From Octopus sinensis (taxonomy: Eukaryota), in assembly GCF_006345805.1 (NCBI RefSeq), contig NC_043020.1, positions 2,604,001 through 2,668,000 of the forward strand: a stretch of 64,000 nt of DNA, in the 5' to 3' direction. Below are positions 1 through 11,723 of the stretch, piece after piece. How positions within the stretch are numbered: position 1 is the first letter of the stretch; every line of letters starts with the position of its first letter. The notes beneath the pieces are model-generated. The model ran no database searches, was not told the origin of the DNA, and saw nothing but the letters and a program-made list of their open reading frames with translations. The position numbers and the translations under genes are program-made.

Positions 1-5
1 CATAC

Positions 6-46
<41 letters not shown>

Positions 47-703
47 CATATGCATACATATTCATACATACATATATATATATACATAAATATATATATA
101 TAAAAGGCAGGATGTGTGTGTGTGTACGTGAATGTAGTTTATGCACATCCACAAATTAGCACGCATGTCGCTCATATTTTAGGAGGACATTCATCACGAC
201 CCTAGCTGTATTTTCGTCAAATTATTTTCCCCCAAGGCACCCGCAAATAGTGGTAAATAATTTTGAGCCATAATTTCTAACAATTTTCAAGTCAGAGAAA
301 TACACAATCATATGCAAATATGAATTAAGTCCCCCTCTAGTGACGATGTAAAGCGAGAGAGAGAGAGAGATAACAGATTTTTAAAATTTCATCTTTTTAG
401 TGAATCATTGACAGACAGGGGTTATTATGTATGTATGTATGTGTGAATGGCTTCAGTCACACACACACACACAAGCATGTATGCGTACAAAACACATGTA
501 TGCAATGTGTGTGTGTTGCCCGTATATATATGTGTATATATATATGTGCTCCCATTGCGACACTTATACTGCAGAAGTGGGTTGGGTATGAAAACCAACT
601 TTAAAGTATAAATATAGATGTTTTTAAATCACCAATGTTCAGTTAAGTCCTATTTGGGGTGAAAAATCAAAGAACTTGATTAGCTTAATAATCCTAACTT
701 AAT

Positions 704-731
704 CCCGAGCAAAGCTGGGCAATACTGCTAG
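704..731 (+). mobile_element. Helitron 3' terminus (hairpin plus CTAG)
   Basis: cccgagcaaagctgggcaatactgCTAG|t, near-identical to the terminus of the 57316-57710 element. Confidence 0.7.
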
Positions 732-1144
732 TATATATATCGCTCTTTACTCTTTTACTTGTTTCGGTCATTTGACTGCGGCCATGCTGGAGCACCGCCT
801 TTAATCAAGCAAATCAACCCCGGGACTTATTCTTTGTAAGCCCAGTACTTATTCTATCGGTCTCTTTTGCCGAACTGCTAAGTTACGGGGACGTAAACAC
901 ACCAGCATCAGTTGTCAAGCAATGCTAGGGGGACAAACACAGACACGCAAACACACACATACATATATATATACATATATACGACAGGCTTCTTTCAGTT
1001 TCCATCTACCAAATCCACTCACAAGGCATTGGTCGGCCCGGGGCTATAGCAGAAGACACTTGCCCAAGATGCCACGCAGTGGGACTGAACCCGGAACCAT
1101 GTGGTTGGTTAGCAAGCTACTTACCACACAGTCACTCCTGCGCC

Positions 1145-1193
<49 letters not shown>

Positions 1194-1922
1194 TTATCTA
1201 ATTAGATAAGTGTGTCACACATAATGTGGAGTACTGAATGATTTTGAAACTACTAGTAACATGAACTGTCTCTTATATGCTTGTAAAAAAATAAAAATTA
1301 ACTCTATATTCATTATATTGAGTACTCTTCTCTTTTTCTTGCCTTGATCACAAGTTCTCTCTCTCTCTCTTTCTATATATATATATATACACACACATAC
1401 ATACATACACATGTATGTGTCTGTGTGTGCACCAGCAATATTATGGATACAACCATCATTTTGGGTGCTGAAACCAACACAAAAAGTTAAGCAGAATACC
1501 CATAAAATATTTGAATTATTATATTAGGCAGTGTCAAATGAATAGTAACGTACAATCTTAAACCATCATAAAAATTTCTGAGGAAAAGGAAAAAGTACAG
1601 CAACAAAATAAACATGTTATGTTTAACATGGATAAAAATTTAGTTGATGGAAACTGCCGAATTTTTTTATGCCTTTTACCATAACATTTCACTTAGATCC
1701 GTTGATGGTGAAAAAGATGGGTTCCACTATATACCGACCTGAGAAGCTAATAATATATTATATAATATACTTATTTTATATGGATATTAAAAAATTCTTA
1801 TAAGAGAAAATATATATAATATGTATACATGTGTATAAAATATAATCAAAAAAATTTGTACACAATCTTTATATACAATCTTTGTGCACAGTTATTTTTA
1901 TAAAAAATATGTTACCAAATAT

Positions 1923-1966
<44 letters not shown>

Positions 1967-2464
1967 CGATACATTGATATGACAAAATATATATATATAG
2001 CCACAGATATTTGCTGTAGAATGTAAAAACAGAAATTCCCAAAAGAATATTGTTTCAAAGGATTATGAGCACTTGACCAAATCCTGTGGTTTAACACAAT
2101 AATGCAATGATGTAGTGTCCATCATCCATGCACACTGGATCATTGTATCAGAAAAATGAACATATATTATCACACACCAAGAGAGAATGAAAAAATATCA
2201 CACAGTGAACAGCAAGTATAAACGTCAGACAAATAAGATATCTCAACATCATAGAAGATATCACCTGAAATATGAATGAGTTATACTTTATAGACACATT
2301 AGGGACCTACCTAGGAAACCTGTATAAATTACTGGCTCACCAGCCCTTAAGACATCCAACAAGGGACTTACTTTCAGCACTTTAGGTTTCCATTTTTGTA
2401 ACTAATTTTAAATGATTTAATGAGTGTGTGTGTGTGTGTGTTTATGGGATGTTGGCATACTTAC

Positions 2465-2545
2465 GTGTCTGTTTGGGCAGCCAGTTTGTTGTGATGCATC
2501 AGAGCGTCCATCAAGCACCCTTCCAATGTCCGAATGTGGCCTTCA
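2465..2545 (-). CDS. INTS13: INTS13 coding exon 4 (further exons expected left of the window)
   Basis: tttag|TGAAGG...GACAC|gtaagt. 81 nt, phase 2/2, continues the frame: (S)EGHIRTLEGCLMDALMHHNKLAAQTD, similar to human SDSHVRMLEDCVQETIHEHNKLAANSD (recalled). Confidence 0.9.
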
Positions 2546-2989
2546 CTAAATATTGTGAGAAAAGAGAGAAAAAAAGAGAAAAAGCAAGAATTAATAAAAA
2601 CTCAACCTTGGGACCAAGAAAATAGAACATCATCATCATCATTTAACATCCGTTTTCCGTGCTGGCATGGGTTGGACGGTTTGACTGAAAACTGGTAGGC
2701 CAAGGAACTGCACCAGGTTCCAGTCTGATTTGGCATGGCTTATATGTCATGGTGGTGCCCCAGCATGGCCAAAGTCTAATGATACAAACAAATTAGACTG
2801 AGTCCATGCTGGAGCACTGCCTTGAATTTTTCGTCAAATGAATCGATCCCAGAGCCTATTTGTTTAAGCCTGATACTTATTCTGTCAGTCTCTTTGGCCA
2901 ACTGTTAAGCTATAGGGACGTAAACACACTAACACTGGTTATCAAGTGATGACAGGGCAACAAACACAGGCATAAAAACACACACATAC

Positions 2990-3410
2990 ATATATATATA
3001 TATGCATGGCACGTTCTGTGCCAGTGGCACGTAAAAAGCACCAACCGTATGTGGCCGATGCCAGTGCCGCCTTGACTGGCTTCCGTGCCGGTGGCACGTA
3101 AAAAGCACCATCCGTACGTGGTCGATGCCAGCGTCACCTTGACTGGCTTCCGTGCTGGTGGCACATAAAAAGCACCAACTGATCATGGCCGTTGCCAGCC
3201 TCCCCTGGCACCTGTGCCGGTGGCACGTAAAAAGCACCTGCTACACTCACGGGGTGGTTGGCGTTAGGAAGGGCATCCAGATGTAGAAACACTGCCAGAT
3301 CAGACTGGAGCCTGGTGTAGCCTCCTGGCTTCCCAGACCCTGGTCGAACCATCCAACCCAAGCTAGCATGGAAAACGGACGTTAAACGATGATGATGATG
3401 ATGATGATAT
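2990..3410 (+). repeat. RTE-3'UTR-derived interspersed repeat (representative copy)
   Basis: Tandem ggcacgtaaaaagcac units, ggcgttaggaagggcatccag, palindromic catgctagcatg-type core and (GAT)n tail. Other copies at about 2630, 7830, 32750, 38815, 40150, 42575(-), 43720(-), 49395, 60300 and 61520(-). Confidence 0.8.
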
Positions 3411-4284
3411 ATACATGTACATATAAAGGGTTTCTTTCGGTTTCTGTCTACCAAATCCACTCACAAGGCTTAAGTTGGTTTGAGGCTATACTAGAAGACA
3501 CTTGCCCAAGGTACCACACAGTGGGACAGAACCCAGAACCATATGATCGAGAAGCTTCTTATCACAAAGATACGCCTGATAAAAAGATGCGTACACTCTA
3601 CTGGTGATTTGAGAAACACCATTCTCTCAGCCGGTTTATCTGACATTAGAATGTCATTTTGGCAAGCCATTATTGTCCAGGGAACGGGATTAATAATGGG
3701 AAGGAAATAATCAAGGGACATAACTCTTTGATGATTATTTACGAGTTACGTCCCTTGAAATTTTTATTTTATTTTTGTAAGTTGGTAGGAGATAAAAGGA
3801 AGTTTCTTGAATAATGGAGTATAGGATAATGTGGTCTTAGCTAATGTTATACTTTTCAAAAGGAAGAAAGGTAGCTAAGTAAAGTCGTTAGCTTGACGTC
3901 TACTTCTCCAGCACAGCAAAGGAAAACAGAAGTCTCGGTCCCTCGTCTGTGAGACCTAACTTCTGAAGATCCTTTCTCACCACTTCATCCTACATCCTCC
4001 TGGGGCTATCCTTTCCATGTGTTCCTTCCAAAATCAGAGATTGGCACTTCCTTGATGCCCAACTCACTTGATGCAGGATGCAGAGGGTCTGGCACAGGAC
4101 TGCCAACGATGGAGCACACTGGTGACCTGGTTGGCTTTACGCGCAATGACGCCTCTGGGACACCACTAAACTTAAGATGACCTCAGCCCCATCAAGCAAG
4201 CACATCTCGATTCAGCTGTCCTCATCCACGTGCATTATCTTATCAAAACAGAAAGAAAAGCAAAAGGTAATTAGCAAGTGTTAC

Positions 4285-4487
4285 CTTTTGATGGCCGTTA
4301 AACATATGATTCTGCCTCGGTTCAGTACGTTGTGGCTGGTTTCAGAAAGGGACGTCCGTAACTCGTGCTGTATTTCACTGGGTTCGCAGAGAACTTCAAT
4401 GGCAGTTGACAAACCATGCATCAGTTCGTATTCTTCTTCGCTTCCTCCAGCTCTGGCAGGACCGATACGAGCCAGTGACATCATCAC
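4285..4487 (-). CDS. INTS13: INTS13 coding exon 3
   Basis: ttcttcag|GTG...AAAAG|gtaaca. 203 nt, VMMSLARIGPARAGGSEEEYELMHGLSTAIEVLCEPSEIQHELRTSLSETSHNVLNRGRIICLTAIK, containing the conserved HGL..A.E.LC and NRGRIIC.T motifs. Confidence 0.93.
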
Positions 4488-4566
4488 CTGAAGAATACAA
4501 AACACAGAAGAATGAAAGAACAAATCAGATTTACAGGTTTCAGTATTATACTTTCATTAGTTTATT

Positions 4567-6043
4567 CCATCATCATCATCCGCTTTCCCTGCTGTCATGG
4601 GTTGGACGCTTTGACAGGAGCTGACCCAGGAAGAAGATTGCACCAGGCTTGTGTCTATTTTGGCATGAATTTTACAGCTGGATGCCCTTCAAAGTGGACT
4701 CAGTGCTTTTTATGAGGCACCAGTACAGGCATGGTCAGCTTTGGCATGGTTTCTATAGCTGGATGCCCTTCCTAATGCCAACCACTCCAAGAGTGTAGTG
4801 GGTGCCTTTTAGGTGCCACTGTCCACAACTACAATTTCACTTGACTCGATGAGTCTTCTCAAGCACAGCAAATTACCAAAGGTCTCGATCATTTGTCATC
4901 ATCTCCATGAGACCCATCATTCAAAGACCAAGCTTCACCACCTCGTCCCATGTCTTCCTGGGCCTACCTCTACCACAGGTTCCCTTCACAGGTTCCATAC
5001 ACATCACATGAACATACCAGCACAGTCGTCCCTCTTGCACACCACATGTGATGCCTCTTATGCCCAATTCTTCTCTCAAAAACGCTTACATTCTGTCATA
5101 TATGCCAGGCCTGGTCGGCGTTTGTGAGAGATGCAGCATTGAGGATGAAGCCAGCTCAACCCACCCTGCGTGAATGCTGTCTCAAGTCAAGTCAAGTCAT
5201 ACATGCATACTGACATTGCCCATCCATACTAGCTTCATTTCTTTCAATCCTTCGCATGTCCTCTGCAGTCACAGCCCATGTTTTACTGCCATGTAACATA
5301 GCTGCTCGCACACAGATTCATACAATCTGCCTGAGAGAGAGGCACTTTGTTGCTAACAAAGATAGAAGCTTTCTGAACTTTGCCCAGCCTACTCATATTC
5401 TAGCAGCTATGTTCTCGCAGCATCCACCTCCACTGCTGGTTTGGTCGCCTAGATAACAGAAGCTATCTACTACTTTTAAATACCCCCTGGTATTTGATAA
5501 AGTCTATTTTCCGTACATTTCTAATGATTATTGTACATATACATCTGCCATACACAAAGACTACTTTCTCTGGTAACATTCCTCTGATGTTGCTGCACCT
5601 CTTATGCGTCCATAGCTTGCACCGGGTACACTTTATGGAGTTTCTACCTACGCCTTTTCTACATATCAAGCAGGGCCACCTTCTTGAAGGGATCTGTGAT
5701 TTGTCTGTTTTCCTACTTAGTAAGACTTTGGTCTTTGCTAGGTTAACTCTAAGGCCCTTTGATTCCAGACCTTCCTTCCACACCTGAAATTTCTTCTCTA
5801 GTTCTGGTAGTAATTCAGCTATAAAGAACAAGCTTATCAGCATAGAGGAACTCCCAGGGGTAGCCTGTCTTAAATTCCTTTGTTATTGCCAGGAGAACTA
5901 TTATGAACAAGAGGGGGCAAGGACTGATCCTTGGTGAATCCCCAATAGTACACTGAATTCATTGCTTTACTTGTTGTCAACCCTCACCTTACTGACAGCA
6001 GCCCTGTACATGACTTGTACAGCACTCACCAAACACTCATCTA
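4567..6043 (-). mobile_element. 5'-truncated, decayed RTE-type LINE (RT C-terminal half, Cys-rich segment, 3'UTR, (GAT)n tail)
   Basis: Fragments MYRAAVSKVRV, GIHQGSVL, a degenerate LYAD(D) motif, KFQVWKEGLESKGLRVNLAKTKV, PCLICRKGVGRNSIKCTRCKLWTHKRCS and RGRPRKTWDEVVK..DRDLW, then the abundant 3'UTR ending in (GAT)n. Confidence 0.85.
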
Positions 6044-6098
<55 letters not shown>

Positions 6099-6648
6099 AT
6101 AAATGACAACAGATGGATAATGTGTCAATCCTCTACAGCTGTTCCAGTGAATTCTTAATTCAAAAACATTCAAAAGCCAACTGCTTGTACCACTTCATGG
6201 TCATAAGACAGCAATGGTCAGAGAATCATGAAGTGGTACAAGCAGTTAGCTTTTGAATGTTGTGATCCATGTATTCACCTGATGAAAACAGTTTTTTTCT
6301 AATGATGTAATGTCTCCATTAAGCAATTAAAAATGTGTTGGAAACAGCTGTAGTGGATTGACACATTATCCATCTGCTGTTATTTATGTATTTACCATTC
6401 ACCTCTCTCAGAACCTGCTCCTTGTGTAAATTCAAAGTATATTCTGGACCATACACTTCCATTTCCTGGTTAGCCCCAGGGCTCATGATATACTCAGTCA
6501 ATCGTATACATAATCTGAATATCTTTCCATCCGTACTTTGGTAATCCACGTAAGTATTCCCCTATTTTTGCTGTGTATGCATTTTATTTTTCAACACAAC
6601 CCAGTGCCTTATAATTTAAATGCCTGATTCACTCAAATCCTAATCTAT

Positions 6649-6680
<32 letters not shown>

Positions 6681-6939
6681 TACACACACAATGGACTTCT
6701 TTCAGTTTCTGTCTGCCATATCCACTCATTAGGCTTTGGTCAGTCCGAGGCTATAGTATAAGATACTCGCCCAAGGTGCCATGCAGTGGGACTGAACCTG
6801 AAACCATGTGGTTGGGAAGCAAGCTTCTTACCACACAGCCACACCTGCAGCTTAGTAATTAAGGTGAATGCATTGTATTAGTAGTTGTACTCGTTTAGGT
6901 CCCAGGTCAGCACTCATCCAGCAAACCTATGATTTAAAG

Positions 6940-7160
6940 CAATGGTTTTCAACCAGAGTTCATATAGCCCTTAGGGGCCCACATAAGATTTTGCTGTCAA
7001 AATTTATATGCAATAAATTGCTTATACATCGACAATACACAGAATATTGTTTTTATAGAATTCCTAATAATATTGAATTATAAAAATATAATTAGGAGGT
7101 TTTAGACATGAAAGAGGAACCAAAGGGGTCCATAGACAAAAAAATGGTTGAGGACCACAG
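6940..7160. mobile_element. hAT/Charlie-type MITE
   Basis: caatggttttcaacc ... ggttgaggaccacag resembles CAGTGGTTCTCAA-type TIRs; degraded 8-bp TSD. Related copy at about 57077-57180. Confidence 0.6.
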
Positions 7161-7391
7161 ATCTAAGTTGGTCTGTTATTGTTTTGTCGTTTAGTAGACT
7201 AAGGATTATATTCTTCCTTATTTAAGATGGAATTGTCTAATTTGAAGGAGATTTGGCTCCTATTTCTAGCAAGTTAAGTAACTGCACAGTAACTCACAGT
7301 GTTTCAGCGTACAGACTGCTGCTGCTGTGGCTCTACGATAACAGAAAGGGATGTTAATCAGTAAGTGGATGGATGTAAGTTCAAATCTTAC

Positions 7392-7457
7392 CTGCTGCAT
7401 TCCTTGGTCCTTCTGGGTCCATGTATTCAATGAGTGGACTCCACTGACAACACGGAT
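7392..7457 (-). CDS. INTS13: INTS13 coding exon 2
   Basis: tttcag|ATC...CAG|gtaaga. 66 nt, phase 0/0, IRVVSGVHSLNTWTQKDQGMQQ, similar to human AHVLNSWTQEDQNLQE (recalled). Confidence 0.88.
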
Positions 7458-9316
7458 CTGAAATTGCAAAGAGTAAAAAACATAAATATTCTCAGTGGCA
7501 TCAGGTAAGAAGGACGGGTATTAACGGTTCACCAGTGGCTTCAGGAAGGGACGAAAGGAGCAAGCAAATATATCTCCCAAATAAAACAAATCATTCCATT
7601 TCATCTAGTTTCAGTTCACGAGCTGTGGCCATGCTGGGAGGGCCACTGCAAAAAGGGTGTGAATCTGAGAGGAGAATATGTTGAATAAAATCATAATTAA
7701 CTGATCCTCCTGTCCTTTGTTTTACCCAAAGCCAGAAACCCCTTTATATATATACACACACACACAAGGGGGTGCTCGCTTTTGGTAAAAGAAAAAAATA
7801 TATATATATTCTTAGCCAAAGAGAAACCATTTCACTCTCGGAGTAGTTGGCATTAGGAAGGGCATCCAGCCATAGAAACCAAGCCAAATCTGACTGGAGT
7901 CTGGTGCTGCCTTCCAGCTTGCCAGCCCTGGTCAAACCGTCCTACCCATGCCAGCTTGGACAACGGACGTTAAATGATGATGATAATGATGAAGATACTG
8001 ATTCTTTTATTTGAGTGCGGCCATGCTGGGGCACTACCTTGAAGGGTTTTAGTCAAACAATTCAACCCCAGGGCTTATTCTTTGAGGACTAGTACTTATT
8101 CTATCTGTCGCTTTTTGCCGAACGGCTAGACTACGGGGACATATACACACCAGCATCGGTTATCAAAAATTTCGTACATACATATACGGCGGGCTTCTTT
8201 CGGTTTCCATCAACAAAATCCACTCACAAGGCTTTGTTCAACCTGAGGCTATAGTAGAAGACACTTGTCCAAGTGACCACGCAGTGGGACTGAATCCGGA
8301 ACCATGTGGTTGGGAAGTGAGCCTCTTACCACACAGCCACCCTTACAATATTATCGACCCTCAGATGGACGAAAGGTAAAGTTAACTTCGACGGGACTTG
8401 AACTGAGAAGGTGAAAGGTCGTAGACTACAGATAGGCATTTTGTCCGAGTGACCCCCTGCCTGAATGGGAACCCAGTAAAGGGTCGTGCGAACCTATTTC
8501 TTTATTAACCACAAGGGGACAAACAAGGACAGACATAGGTATTAAGTTGATTACATCGACCCTAGTGCGTAACTGGTACTTAATTTATCGACCTCGAAAG
8601 GATGAAAAGTAAAGTCGACCTCGGCGGAATTTGAACTCAGAACGTAACGGCAGACGAAATACGGCTACGCATTTCGCCGGCGTGCTATCGGTTCTGCCAG
8701 CTCGCCGACCTCCAGACAAAAAAAGACTATAGCGTGAGGTAAGATGTTTGCTTCGCAACCACATGGTTCCGGGTTCAGTCCCACTGCGTGGCACCTTGGG
8801 CAAGTATTTTCCACTCTAGCCTCGGGCCGACCAAATACTTGTGTTAATTTGGTAGACTGAAAATATGTGTGTGCGTCTGTTTGTCCCCCACCGGCCTTGG
8901 TGTGTTTATATCCCCGTAACTTAACGGTTCGGCAAAGAGACCAATAAAATAAGAACAAGACTTTAAAATATTTGGCGATACTTCGGTATAAATACCCACG
9001 TGACTTTGTTTACATTTCTGAAGATAACAGAAACCCTTTTCTCCTACCCCTAACCCCACCCCATATATAAAAAAAAACAGTTTCTTGAAATGTTTCCGGT
9101 ACTTATACCGAAGTTACGCCAAAGAGAGAAATACTGGGGTCGTTTGGTACGATAAAATTTTTTCAAGGCGCTGCTCCAGCATGGCAGCAGTCTAATAAGT
9201 TAAACAAGTAAAAAATTAAAAGATACAAGATGAAAAAAACAAATTCGAAAACACGTGTAAACAATAATAAAATAGATTTTGTAAGAGATGAAGAAGGAAA
9301 TGTGTTTTGGTTTTAC

Positions 9317-9538
9317 CAGTTTCTGTGTGGGGAAAATGTCGTAGACAATCCTTATGAATTCTATGACCGATTCCACACACGAAGTCCAAAGGGATTTGGT
9401 GATGGGAGCGGCGGGGATTAAGCCGGGGCTCTTCGATTTCGACAACACATCGTATTCGACGGTTTGTTTGGAAGATTGGGCAAAATAGGGGCTTCTGTCC
9501 AGGACAATTACCGTTTTGTGGGAGTTTGGGAACGACAT
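9317..9538 (-). CDS. INTS13: Integrator complex subunit 13 (asunder), coding exon 1
   Basis: ATG at 9538. 222 nt translate to MSFPNSHKTVIVLDRSPYFAQSSKQTVEYDVLSKSKSPGLIPAAPITKSLWTSCVESVIEFIRIVYDIFPTQKL, which matches the INTS13 N-terminus as I recall it (SHKTV..D..PY, P.AP.TKSLWT.VES, RI.YDIFP). Ends at CTG|GTAAAA donor, phase 0. Confidence 0.93.
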
Positions 9539-9659
9539 TCCTACGCTTTGAACCCAAGTCCTTTTGTATACAAACACAGTAATATAGATATAAATATTTA
9601 AATCCAACGCGTTAATCTGTTAAAAATCAATCAGAGGAGTTCGATCGGTTTTTCTCTAT

Positions 9660-9765
9660 TGATGAATATCCCGCCAGGGCGCCGGCATGACACCGCCGGT
9701 GCAGCAATGACGATTGTCTGCAGAGGCCAAGTAACACACTTTCACTTTTGACGTTACGGAAATTT
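9660..9765 (-). promoter_or_regulatory. GC/CpG-rich patch, likely INTS13 promoter or 5'UTR
   Basis: Local CpG-rich island (ccgccagggcgccggc, caccgccggtg) and a TGACGT motif, 120-230 nt upstream of the INTS13 ATG in otherwise AT-rich DNA. Confidence 0.35.
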
Positions 9766-9859
9766 TAGGCCTTCATATGAATTGATATACTTTCAGATTT
9801 TCTACTGAGCTTTCTCTTCATCTTAATTTAAAATTTAGTCAATTATTAAAACATGGTTC

Positions 9860-10269
9860 GGATCTTTTCGGTTTGAACGACAGTTTTTAAAATAATTTCT
9901 TTGTAACTAAACACTTTTAAACTTCGTATACAGGTAGAATGTGTTTATAAAACATCTTTTTCTCTTGGATTTATTGAGAAAATTCTATAGTTTGTAAGAT
10001 ATTTGTTGTTTGTTTTCTTCAATTTCTGCAATTTCAACCAATCAATGACGTCTATTGAGGTGAAAACATTCTGTGCCGTATAAATATGTCCCTCGTTTAA
10101 AAAACAAATTGGGTTTATTTACATTTCTGAAGAAAAAAAGATACCCTTCCCCTCACCCCTAACCCTAAAACAGATTGAAATGCAATAGATCGATACTAGG
10201 GTCATAATTATGGGTGACAATTTCATATGACACCACTAGAAAAAACTGCCGTTCAAACCGAAAAGATCC
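9860..10269. mobile_element. MITE with 29-bp TIRs and an 11-bp direct repeat (Mutator-like)
   Basis: ggatcttttcggtttgaacg(a/g)cagttttt ... aaaaactgccgttcaaaccgaaaagatcc, flanked by aaacatggttc at 9849-9859 and 10270-10280. Confidence 0.85.
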
Positions 10270-11288
10270 AAACATGGTTCTATTCAATTAGGCAGTATAA
10301 TTAATTTAATATTTTTTTTCAAAGAAAAATTTAAAGCAAACATTGAAAATACATTGGAAATACTCCCAAAAAATAATGGCTGTAGGTCCTTATCTACACT
10401 GTATAACTAATATAATTTAATTGGAGTGCCTTTTAAATTCTCTTATTTTATTTTATTCTATTCACTGAATAAAAGAGACTTTTTAGTTTTAATCTTCTTA
10501 TATAAACAATGGATTTTTTTATTTAATCTTCAGCATTAAATATTCTCTTTACTCTTTTACTCTTTTACTTGTTTCAATCATTTGATTGCGGCCCTGCTGG
10601 AGGGCCTTTAGTCGAACAAATCGACCCCAGGACTTATTCTTTGTAAGCCTAGTACTTATTCTATCAGTCTCTTTTGCTGAGCAGCTAAGTTACAGGGATG
10701 TAAACACACCAGCATCAGTTGTCAAACGATATTGGGGGGACAAACACAGACACACAAACACACACGCAAATATATATACATATACATTTATACGACAGGC
10801 TTCTCTCAGTTTCCGTCTCCCAAATCCACTCACAAGGCTTTGGTCAGCCCGAGGTTATAGTAGAAGACACTTGCCCAAGGTGCCATGCAGTGGGACTGAA
10901 CCTGGAACCATGTGGTTGGTAAACAAGCTAACATTAAATGCCCCACAATATTGATTTCAGAGAGGAGGATAAGTCGCACATTCGACCTCAATACTCAACT
11001 GGTACTTATTTCATCGACCCCGGAGGAATGAAAGCAAAATCAAACTTTGGCTGAATTTGAACTCAGAACACAAATATGGACAAAATGCTGTAAAACATTT
11101 GCGCAGTGTGCTAATGATTCTGCCAGCTTGCCGCTTCACATGCCTTTACCATATTTCCTGCCTGTCATGATGTGTTTGAGTGTTATATTTTCCACAAGCT
11201 TGAGTATGGAACAAAGTCGAAGATACAATTGAAATCTTTAACATAATAAAACACTTTTATAAAGACTTAATAATTTCTGCACCAAATT

Positions 11289-11289
11289 A

Positions 11290-11326
<37 letters not shown>

Positions 11327-11367
11327 GTAACAATAATAACAATAATAATAATAATAATAATAATAAT

Positions 11368-11434
<67 letters not shown>
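11289..11434. repeat. (AAT)n microsatellite
   Basis: About 145 bp, resuming at 11704-11723 after the RLE-element insertion. Confidence 0.97.
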
Positions 11435-11435
11435 G

Positions 11436-11703
11436 GAGGTAACCAGAATGTGGAATCTAAAAACAGAAACAATTCCTATCATAGTAGGTGCATTAGGCAT
11501 GATAAAAAAATATTCAGACAAATACATAACAAAAACACCAGGACTTACAAACACATATAACATACAGAAAATTGCACTACTAGGCACTGCACACATCCTA
11601 CGCAGAACACTTTCCATACAATAACCATCAGAGCATCACAACAAATCACAGCACATACCCAAGGCACACAGAGCTGCGCTCGGTAGTGAAGTGAAAGCAC
11701 GCT
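11436..11703 (+). mobile_element. 3' end of an RLE-type non-LTR retrotransposon (R4/Dong-like) embedded in (AAT)n
   Basis: Open frame 11436-11624: EVTRMWNLKTETIPIIVGALGMIKKYSDKYITKTPGLTNTYNIQKIALLGTAHILRRTLSIQ*. PIIVGALG and IQK.ALLGTA.ILR are typical of the RLE-domain C-terminus. (AAT)n on both sides. Confidence 0.72.
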
Positions 11704-11723
11704 ATAAAAAATAAAACTACTGA

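Noticed and set aside
1695-1738. Possible INTS13 exon 5 (SVYSGTHL resembling SVRAGRHL)
   Set aside because: The expected intervening exon is absent, the phase does not fit exon 4 and the similarity is too short. A YDVE-containing stretch near 2170-2265 was rejected for the same reasons.
3711-3758. 16-bp inverted repeat in INTS13 intron 3
   Set aside because: Real but short; its one mismatch is explained by CpG decay and it resembles common MITE-derived palindromes. There is no evidence of function.
7772-7781. GTGCTCGCTT resembling the U6 snRNA 5' end
   Set aside because: Only 10 nt match; the downstream sequence is unrelated.
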